DNA of 59,638 nt, filler included, from Sphacelaria rigidula (taxonomy: Eukaryota), in NCBI GenBank assembly GCA_964200075.2. It is 9 parts of 9 records of this genome, joined end to end, with 100 filler letters (N's around TTAATTAATTAA, not from the genome) between each part and the next. Parts side by side here need not be neighbours in the genome. Positions count along the whole stretch, not along the records: positions 46,465 to 53,001 come from CAXNAA020019486.1; positions 53,102 to 59,638 come from CAXNAA020019487.1; 7 more parts are not named here. One strand, given 5' to 3'. Every line of letters starts with the position of its first letter. Within the stretch, counting starts at the first letter, position 1. The position numbers were made by a program, and so were the translations under genes. A model generated the notes under the pieces. That model saw only the letters and a list, made by a program, of their open reading frames with translations. It had not been told where the DNA came from and did not search any database. Positions 50,224 through 59,638 of the stretch are shown here, one piece after another.

Positions 50224-50869
50224 AAATATATACGTACTAGTGTACTGTAAACACAATAAATACGACGAGCTGTGACTGCATTTTGTGTTAATTTTCATTT
50301 TGTCTCTAATATACCGGTACGTACTATATCATACATGTATGATAGTGTATAATACTTGTATTGCGATTCACCTCGATGTGATTGTACTTGTTTACATTGA
50401 TTGCGCAGCAAAGCAGTACACTGCGATTGCATTGCCTAGCCATTGCTTTTGCTGTATACTGCGAGGCCCATGCAGATAATCTGTCCAAGCAGCACTGAAA
50501 AAAAAACGAAATGTTTGGCGGCGTTGTACTGTAGTACTACATCCGTTCGTAAAGAGAGATATTTGCTTTCAAGAAGTCCATCACTGTGTAGGCGCCCGGG
50601 AAGAACAAGAAATTGGCCTTCGAGAAATTCATCACTTGCGCGTGTACGGAAAATTAGAAATTGGCTTTCAGAAACTCATCATTGCGCGTGTGCGGAAAGC
50701 AAGAAATTGGTTTTTAAGAAATTATGCTTGGCTCGACGATGAGGAAAAAAAATGAGCCTCACCTCAAATTAGATTTTCTTGAGTAGTGACGCCACGTGTA
50801 TGTGTTATACATACAATAACACAGGTTCTTCGCCGCTGAGAATACGAGGGTTAGAAATATCTTTCATAG

Positions 50870-51196
50870 GGGGGTATACCGACGAGGGGTCTGCGGAAAC
50901 GGGGGGGCGGGGGGGTGCCCACCCTTTTTTTATTCAGGTATCACCGCCATGGATGCTATGTTTCCTTGTGCTGGCGGGACGGGTAGGGAGGGGAGGGGCG
51001 CGCGTACTCATTTGTTGCTTGCCTTAATCGTTTGACCATTGACCACGCATCTCTTTCGAGATGGAGCACCGTTCCTACTCCTAATAGAGACACCTCCAAC
51101 ATTCCGGCGCTCATGACGATTTTCCATACATTACACAAAAACCGCTTACATTTCTTATCTTCGTCCTGTTTCGCCGTCTGTGGCCACCATCTCCTA
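50870..51196 (+). repeat. Longest copy of the TGACCATTGACCACGCATC repeat, ending in CTAG (possible non-autonomous Helitron)
   Basis: Homology to 46533-46724 stops near GTGGCCACCATCTCCTAG. No TIR or TSD seen; the 5' boundary is approximate. Confidence 0.55.
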
Positions 51197-52325
51197 GTAT
51201 AGCCATCATTTCCTCGCTACTGTCTAATGCATCAAACGACTTCATGCCACCTTCGTTCACGTCCTGCATTCCCCCCTGGGTGTTGTGCGAACTTCGTCAT
51301 CCGCGCGCTTTTGTAAGATCGGGCGTATTTTTTTTTTGGACTCTTTAGTTGTACATGTATGTTGGGGGGACGAGATCGACCAACGTTGCAAACACGTTTG
51401 GGTTTGAAGCATTAACGTTCTGAGGATATATGTGTCCCAGTGCAGCCATCTTGCGGCTTGTTTTTGTTTAGGTACGAACACTCTTGCAGTGAAGATCTAA
51501 AAATCTTCGCACGCACGCAGTCGATGAAGGATTTTGTTGTTGTTGTTGTTGTTGTCATTATTATATTCTTCATTAATAATATTGCCATCATTCTAGTGTT
51601 CATAGTTCAGTTTCATGTTATTAATTATTTATAGTTTTTCTTTTCTTGTTAATTTTATTTTCAACTTGTAATTTGATAGTTTTCTGCCGCTTTTTTCTTT
51701 CGATGTTGATGTATAAATATATACAGCAGTAGGTTGCATCGGCTACGGAAGTAGGGTGCGTTGTCACTCGCACACTCAAGACAGCAAGCGGTATAGATAT
51801 ACAAATACGTGTATAGATATACAAATACGTGAAGTGACCGGTGTTGATGGATTTGATTAATCGAATAAAGACATGAACTGCACTCGAGTTACGTCATGCC
51901 CCCTACCAAATTCGCGGCTGTCTTGACCATTCTGCGATTTTGGTCCAAAACATATTTCGCGAGAGCTGATATCAAAGTTACCCCAAAAGTGTATCAGGAA
52001 ATTGTTCTGAAATTGCCATCCGCACAACAGCATTATTAAGCCTTCCGCAACCTTTTGATGGGAAAATGACGATTTACAATTGACGTTTTCTTGGGCAAGA
52101 AGATATAGTTGTTGTTTTTCTGCAAATGTTGATGATTCAGCTCACCACAACGGTGTAGCACTCTAAGTCAAGTATGCGAATGTGGCAGATTTGTGCACCG
52201 AACTCGAAGTGACGTTTTCCCGGTGACGAAAGCTCGCGTATGGGACTTTGCACTGTTTTTCGCGAGTTCCAAAAGGGTTAAGTAAAGGTACGATTCCGTC
52301 GACGGAAACACACCAACACACACAG

Positions 52326-52478
52326 GCGAATCGCACGTCCGGTGGGGAATGTTCGTGGATGGCGGTAGTCGGAAGCGACGTAGAGCTAACCGAGGAAGGC
52401 GAGGTGCAGGGCGCTAGCGCATTCGGGTCGGTCATCGTGGTGGGCGTGGCGCTGCGAAAGAAGAAGTGGTACTATGAG
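52326..52478 (+). CDS. Exon encoding the start of a SPRY/B30.2 domain
   Basis: CACAG|...GAG|GTACGT, 51 codons. FGSVIVVGVALRKKKWYYE matches the F-x-S-V...(G)KWYYEV SPRY N-terminal pattern. May belong to the same gene as 47058-48178. Confidence 0.75.
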
Positions 52479-53001
52479 GTACGTATGTGGAGAAGGGGTC
52501 ATGGGCTGCACTCACTCCCTTTAATGATCTACGTGCGAGCGTTGGGCGCCGTTTCGAGACCATTCGCGTGAAAGTATTTACTTCGGTTGTAGGTGTGTGT
52601 GTCTGACGGGGTGAATAGCTTGCCCTGAAGTTCTCTCTGAAACCGTCGACCTCGTATTCCTCCGGTACCAGGATTGAGCGATACGCGTTTTTTTTGTGTG
52701 GGCCGTCCATCGCATGTTTGACGGCGGTCATCCCAGTGATCGATCTTGCTCCCTTGCTTTTGCTGTTCCCAGCGAGGGGGATTGGAGACGAATCACGTTG
52801 AGTGCAGTTGGCGTACAAGGATGATTTGGCCGGATGTGTGTCCTGCGCTCTTCGTGTTTTTTGTGATGGATTTCGACAGATGAAGGTGGTGTCCCACCCA
52901 CTTTTGGCAAATATTGTCGTGGTATTTCCCCCCCCCCCCCCCCCCCCCCTTTTTTTCTTCCCCTTTTTTTGTTGTGTTTTTTTTGCCGAGAGCCTTCTTT
53001 T

Positions 53002-53101
53002 NNNNNNNNNNNNNNNNNNNNNNNNNNNNNNNNNNNNNNNNNNNNTTAATTAATTAANNNNNNNNNNNNNNNNNNNNNNNNNNNNNNNNNNNNNNNNNNN
53101 N
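53002..53101. other. Artificial contig spacer
   Basis: N44-TTAATTAATTAA-N44. Confidence 0.99.
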
Positions 53102-54602
53102 GTACTCATTTGTTGCTTGCCTTAGTCGTTTGACCATTGACCACGCATCCCTTTCGAGACGGAGCACGCCTGATCATATTCGGGGGGGGAGGGGATGCGC
53201 GCATTTAACCTCGGGGTCAGGTGTTCTTTCTCCACCTTTTTACATGTCAAGTGTATGAAAAATATCCGGACATAATGCAGAAGTAATGCTATACGCTATA
53301 CAGGCCAAAATCGCGAATACCACCCCCAGGTTCACGGTAGTAGCCACCCCCCCGGGGACGGCTATTTTCTCGTCCGCTGCGTCACCATGCACCCCCTGCC
53401 CAAATCCAACTCCACCGATGTTGCATATATTCTGTGATGCGGCATTTATCAACATTTGGGCTCATTGACCATCTTTTATGGCAACGAATCTCGATTTTTC
53501 TGAGACAGGGACTCAAATTCGCGAACTCAAAATCGGGGGGGCCGCTTCATGGTATCACAGATTTGTGAAATAGTTCTGTACACAGACGGACATTTTCTGC
53601 ACGAGCGTGGTATTGCGTGCTCGTGCATGAAACCGAAGAGCAGGCAGACGGTGAACACCCCTTCAAGTACAGTGTCGTACCATGGCACCCTAGTAGGGTA
53701 ATGCACTGCAGGACACTCCATGATCACAGTACATGATCATGCCGTGTGGTAGTATATGATGGTGGCACAGTCGGTATTGCGAGAACAGCGAGCAATCAGT
53801 GCACGAGAAGAGTTCAGTAGTCCACTGCAAAACATCACCCTGCAACTACAGCGACAGCAGGCTAGGAAAGTACAGCACCGTTCGATATAGTGATACATGT
53901 GGCAGCGCAGTGCAGCATGAGATATTACCATCGCCACAGGGTGGGGCGTCAATAGTTATTATCCACTCGTCCCAAACCCCGTGCGAAGCTGCTGCAGCAG
54001 CTGGCACGGGCAGGCACACACTGCGTTGTCACGAGACTGTCTTCTGCTGCGGTTGCAAAAATATCAAACGCCTCGTCCTCTACCACTGTACGTCGTCAGT
54101 GCACGTACTTCACCTCCTCAAATTCGGGGGGACCTCAGATTTCCCTTGATAATGGGTGTAAATGGTTATGAAATCGTGACACCATGATTTTTTCCCAAAT
54201 CGGGGTCCATAGAACGCGTTCCCCGATTATTTTCCCCCGATCTGCGTAAAAACCGAGATCGGTGACTGCCATAAAAGATGGCCTTAACCCTGCGACAGCG
54301 AGCGTCGCCTCAAACCAATTTCATAAGCTGACAGTGCAGGGACATCCAAGGGTGGCCTCGGGGCGGCGGCGGCGGCGGCGGCGGCGGGGGGGAGGGGGGG
54401 GAGAGGGGGGGAACTACTCGCATAATAAGAGCCGAAAAGCTCTCCAAGTCAACCATATGTGTTTCGGGAGTTTCCCACAAAAGATTATTGGCCATGGATT
54501 ATGTGTTTTTCTCCCAGTTGAAGTTGATGCCGATTCAACAGATGATCACCCCTACTGGGTTGTTTCGTGTTTAGAGCTTGTAGAAATCAACGCCAACATT
54601 AA

Positions 54603-54801
54603 CCCTTAGACCGCGAGTTCATCTGGACCTCGCATACGTTTTTCAAGTGAAGTTGATGCCGATTCAACATATGACCTACTCTCATCGTCGAAGGGTTACC
54701 CCTTCGAAGGCGAGAGAGAGTAGGTCATCTGTTCAATCGACGTCAATTTCACTTGAAAGAATAATGCATGATCGAGATAGGATACCCTCGCGGCCTAAGG
54801 A
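54603..54801. mobile_element. Palindromic piggyBac-like MITE
   Basis: TTAA + CCCTTAGACCGCGAG ... CTCGCGGCCTAAGGA + TTGA. Inner arms ATGACCTACTCTC/GAGAGTAGGTCAT and TTTCAAGTGAA/TTCACTTGAAA. Related ends lie near 40093-40111 and 54284-54302. Confidence 0.65.
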
Positions 54802-55345
54802 TTGATGCAAGTCGGCATCACTTCACCTTGCAGAAGACAATGTGACTCGTACCGGTCGTAAGCATACAAATATCACAGAAGACACCACGGCTCAGGGCAC
54901 GGGGGTTGCATGATGCACTGAAGATCTCTCTGTTCTTGTGCTCAACGACACATGCTCCGTCAGACCTCCAGCTTCTGGTAAACCCTCTAGCGCCGGAAGT
55001 GTTGATTTGTAGAATTGACATCGTTATTACTTGAAAAGGGTGTGAAAATGATGCCGATTCCACAAATTCTTCGAGTGATGGGTTCCGTAAGTGACATATT
55101 CTGCGATAGTCCCCCCTCCCAAATAGTGGCTGGTTTGGAGAGGCAAAATCTACGTGAATCGAAATGAACTATGCCGAGCAGAACGAGCAGATGCTTTATG
55201 GAATCGGCATCATTTTCACTTGAAAAATAGATGAGAATCAGGCCTACTCCACAAATAAATGAACACCTCCGGCGGTTGAAGGGTTGGGATTGGCGTCGTA
55301 GAACAAAGCACCACGCGATTCCGAGAGCCATAGGATGGTCTCGGT

Positions 55346-55673
55346 GACCCTTTCTGCGATAGCTCCCCCCCCAAAAGTGGCTGGTTTGGAGGGGCAAAAT
55401 CTACACTACGTATATCGAAATGAAAGAAGCCGAGCACAGCGAGCAGCTGACTTGTGGCATCGGCATCATTTTCACTTGAAAAATAGGTGAGCCAAGCACA
55501 ACGAGCGGCTGGGAAGTCCCACGCTTGGATTCGTTTTCGCCAATGTCGCCCATATAAAGCGCTTCATACAGCCTGAAATCAAACATCAGGCGCTGTACGA
55601 CCCTTTTCTTCGTGAAAGTTTTAGGCTGGTTTGGGGGGAGGGGGAGGGGGGGAAAGCTATCGCAGAAAGTGCC
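55346..55673. mobile_element. MITE with 4-bp TSD (CGGT)
   Basis: GACCCTTTCTGCGATAGCT ... AGCTATCGCAGAAAGTGCC, with CGGT at 55342-55345 and 55674-55677. A partial third copy starts at 55093. Confidence 0.8.
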
Positions 55674-56368
55674 CGGTGCCCGAATTTTTACCATCTGCCT
55701 TCATCGGTGGATTACGGTTGGGGTTAGGCTTAGAGTGTAGCTGGATCAGTCTATCGAAGATTTGTATATATCATAGAGAGATGAACTGGAGACGAATTGA
55801 ACCCTTTGACCGCCTCTTGTTAAATAGGAATCATTTTCAGGTTTCTCTCGAGTTAAAAAAAACAGTGGTAGTCACTGGCACGAAAGGGGGGTCAAACGGC
55901 TGAGAGCATCACTGGTACCGGAGATATGTGCAGGTTCCGTTGCATTGACGGATGAAGAGTAGGTCACTGGTGCCGGGGAGATAGGGTGCGTTAGATTTTC
56001 ATGAGAGAAAAGTCAAACGGTTCGGCGCATCACTGGTGTTGTTGGAGGCCCCGCGTGTGAAATCCACAGGAGGAGGAGAGAGAAGTGAAAAGTGCCACGG
56101 AAAGAGGTTGCGGTAATTCCGAGTAGAGATCATGGTGGCTAGGGAAGTCATTGGTCCCAGAGTAAATTTCGCGGAGAAACGGGCAAATTCCGCGAAGGGG
56201 AACGGGAAAGTATGGATATAGGGTAAATTCCTCAAAAAGCACGGGAGAAAATAAACGGAATAATACTAGCCGCTGGTGCGTCGGACTTCGGAGGAATGGT
56301 GCGCTCTCAGGCCCCGTGATTGTTGCACCTGCGTCCAGAGACGCGGAATGCGGACAAACATAATGAAT

Positions 56369-56615
56369 GACACTTTCTACGATAGCCCCCCCAGAAGAGT
56401 GCATGGTTTTGGGAGGAAAAATCTTCACGTAAATCGAAATGGGAAAGGCCGAGAACAACAAGCAGCTGGGAATTCCCACGTTTGGGTTCGTTCTAGCCAA
56501 TGTCACCGATATGATGCGCTTCATGCAGCCTGGACCCTAACATTGGGCGCTGTATGGCCATTTTTTTCGCGACACTTTTGGGCTGGTTTGGGGGGGGGCT
56601 ATCGTAGAAAGTGTC
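56369..56615. mobile_element. MITE with 4-bp TSD (GAAT), same family as 55346-55673
   Basis: Perfect TIR GACACTTTCTACGATAGCCCCCCC / GGGGGGGCTATCGTAGAAAGTGTC, with GAAT at 56365-56368 and 56616-56619. Confidence 0.85.
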
Positions 56616-58859
56616 GAATAAGAACAATATATGTGTGTATCAAACGAATTCGACAACTCTTGGTAGCAATGCACGCGAACTTCTGCCACTCCCTTCGAAG
56701 CGTTTCTCAATCTGCACGGGCTCCGGCATCCACCGCGTCTGGATCTTTCTTAAAGTGTACACCATACTTATACTACACAATATATGTTGACCGGTCAGTA
56801 GTTCTCTGCGATCCTGATATATATTGGTCATGCAATATGCCGTCACCCACACTGCCCCAATATATATTGGGTGGGCAATACGTATGCAGTCCCACGACAT
56901 CAATGTATATTGGGCGCGCAATACGTATGAGATCCAAGCGTACCGACATACATTACGCCGGCAATATATCGCGAAAATTCAATATAATCGACTAATATAT
57001 ATATTGAAAACATGGTTTTGTTCAGGGTGTTGTATCTTTTTACGCTGGTGCATAGCTGTCGGGCTACCTATGGTTGAGCACCTGCTACACTGCCAAACAA
57101 AATCCGGGCACCCTCTGGAAAATGACCATCTGTACAAATTTCGTGCACGTATCGTCTGTTGAGCTGCCTATGTTCAGATATACCACCGTACACACGCTGT
57201 TGGAGCCGCACGGCACCGAACCTTCGCCTAGGTGTAATGTACCGCACAATAAACAAGCCCTCGTCTGGTCTTGGCTGTGGCAGGAGCGTGTCAAGGGGGG
57301 AAAATAGATCAGATTGTAATGATAGGCACTTGGCCTCCTTCGTCGGCGCAACACTGAAATGGCAGAAACACATGATATTATTCGGTTGCGGCAGATCTCG
57401 GAGTCATCACACGTACTGGAGTCATTGCACAGGGATGTGGAAAAGTCAAGAACGGCTGATTTCGGAAACGAACGCACCGGGATGCTTGCGGTAGTCAAGG
57501 ATGTGCATCACGGACGTCATACACTCACTATTGGATCACTTAAACATATTAAAACGTTGACAACTGCACCCTAGCTTGCAATCGCCCAGAAGCTTCTGGA
57601 GAGTAATGTAGCATCAACATGTGCGCCCAACTCTCACCCTGCGCCACAAGTGAAGAAGGTCAAGTGGGTACAAAATCCGACTACATAGAATTGACACCTA
57701 GCTGGTGTCGTGTTACAAGCCAAACTTTGTGCATCACAGAATTGGCCAGACATCCAAACCTCCTCGCTGTGCTCGTTAACTGTGTGATAGACATGTTACG
57801 TGCATTGCTCCTCATGAAATGGCGTCATCTCAACAAGTGACAAACCCTTTTTTTTTCATATACTCGTGGTGCGTGAGTGAAACAGGTACGTGCTTCTTGC
57901 GCGGGACGTCATGCCGTTACACCATTATGCTTTTGTGACCATGGTTGAAATTCCCAGGGGACAATTCAATGTGCGACAAGCAATAGAAGAAAATCAACCC
58001 ATCAACCACAGCATAACTGGACGTGTCGCGCTCACTCTTGAACTTGAAGGGCCTCAATTTTTTTTTCCGGGTACATGTGAAGCAAGTGCATTCCGCAGCC
58101 GAAGTAGTACGCGTCCGCGACCGCATCTGCCGCGTGCTCCGGACTGAGAAAGCGGTAGTTGTCGTAGCGGAAACACAAGCCCCGCCCGCCCCCCTCGATG
58201 GTGTCCACGCAGCAGCCCGGGTCGCCCTTCTGGTACACCTGTTCACGCCACATAAAACATGACACAGTGCCCGCGAAGCCAACAAAGAAAAACGGTGGAA
58301 CCATGTGCCCGTCAACAAGACACAAAGTCTGTCGGTGCGAATACACCGTCTGGTGGCGCGCTGAGGGGCATCGTAGGGGAGTAAGCTGTAGTTTGACTAA
58401 AGATGCGAAGAGCGGGTGCTCGAGAGGGAACGCTGCTCTATGGTGTACACGAGGTTGTGGTTCAAGCGCTGCTGTTTCTCAGCAGCGGGCCGGAGGAAGA
58501 CAACGAAGCCGTTACCTGAGGTGCTTGCGGTTGTGGTGAGCACCGGGTTGGGTGAAGTTGAGGAGCAAGTGCTGGTGTGATTGAGTGCGCGAATGCATCA
58601 GTGATCTTTGACCGTGAAACGTTCTCTCATAGATTGTCACGTGTTTGGACGAACACGTGGATGGTCTTTCGCCCCTGTGTGGAAGGAGCATGTGAATGGT
58701 GTGCCCATCTGTTCGAAAGGGGCGGTGCCGGCGGGTTGCAAGTCTGTTCAAACACTCCTTCGTATAGTATTCCTACACTGCGGTTGATGCACGGACGGGA
58801 TATTACCGTACAGAACCCAAGATGGATATGCCTGAGAGTATTCTGACGTGTACTCGAGT

Positions 58860-59410
58860 TTAAGACGTGTTGGATACTTCGTTCATTTTAGGTTCAGGAA
58901 ATATCATCATTTGGTCGTTGACTCCGTTGCGGAGGTGTTGACAGCACGGAAGTGCATTTTTTATCTTGGGAGATGCTTTGTCTCGGATGAGAAAGACGAA
59001 CGGTCACGGATGCTTGGGGCATTCGACGTACGCTGACGCTCAAGGTTTTCTTTGCCGATGTAGAATCAAGGGCTCTGTTTGGGGCGAGGATTTGTGAAAT
59101 TGGCGTCACCTATCGCTCCGTAGCCCGGAGTACCGCAAGTAGCGTGGTTGCGTGCTCATCATGGACGATGTATTTGGGATCTCTTGCGAGTTTCGGGAAT
59201 TGGACAAGCTTGTAGGGAGCTGTTATCGGTAGGAATCGCTAGTCTGTCTGGAAAACGACGGCATTACGATTAGGCAATAATTATGTCTGAGTTTGTCCAG
59301 CTCTAGTTTTACTACTCGTCGGTACTAAGCGAGCTTCGGGGGGGCTTGAAACTCTGGCCACCACTGTTACCTTTATCAGGTCCATGAATGTAGGCGGAGC
59401 AATGCGGAGT
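58860..59410 (-). repeat. Degenerate coding-type dispersed repeat, homologous to about 6830-7375
   Basis: Colinear match to contig 2; minus-strand ELDKLRH, IVHDEHA and SQILAPN. Confidence 0.75.
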
Positions 59411-59638
59411 AGGCATGTCTACAGTCGGTTGATGGTTCGCGAGTCTGCGTGTCTGATCGGTGGACACTGCGGGGGGTTTTCTATCTCGATGGAAAACGAG
59501 ATTGGTTTCCGTTCCGTGGGAGGGAGGCTGGGATGTCGCTCTCCGGTAACATAAACAGCTAAGGGTTCATATATGAACAACTAGAGCTCCCAAACTCTAT
59601 GCGGCCGCGATAGGAGGGGTCCACACAGCTGTCTGGTT

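Noticed and set aside
57619..58147. Possible Ulp1-like protease remnant (VIDMLRALLL...YVLL...HHYAFV)
   Set aside because: The catalytic HW and DCG motifs were not found, and the implied intron is only about 50 nt.

Overview
This window is not one locus. It is nine unrelated contigs of 6537-6538 bp (apparently length-sorted), joined by eight identical 100-nt artificial spacers (N44-TTAATTAATTAA-N44), so no neighbourhood inference is valid across spacers. The DNA is eukaryotic: short exons, long spliceosomal introns and many transposable elements. A signal peptide followed by Phe and the repeat landscape suggest a photosynthetic stramenopile, probably a brown alga (inference). Recognisable host gene fragments are a transaldolase-family gene (3 exons), a 2OG-Fe(II) dioxygenase (6 exons, two GC donors), a subtilase exon, a SPRY-domain exon, a putative plastid-targeted protein and two unknown multi-exon genes. 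Repeats include a decayed Ty3/Gypsy pol, two LINE remnants, tRNA-derived SINEs, and many MITE/fold-back elements with TA, TAA, TTAA or variable 4-bp target duplications. The best finding is the spliced transaldolase-like protein. It keeps the long TalB-type scaffold, the Schiff-base Lys and the phosphate site, but has Leu/Ala/Tyr at the positions of E. coli TalB Asn154/Ser176/Phe178. That is the active-site signature of fructose-6-phosphate aldolase (FSA Leu107/Ala129/Tyr131), making it a candidate natural eukaryotic F6P aldolase built on a transaldolase frame. All alignments were done by eye against remembered reference sequences; no database was searched.
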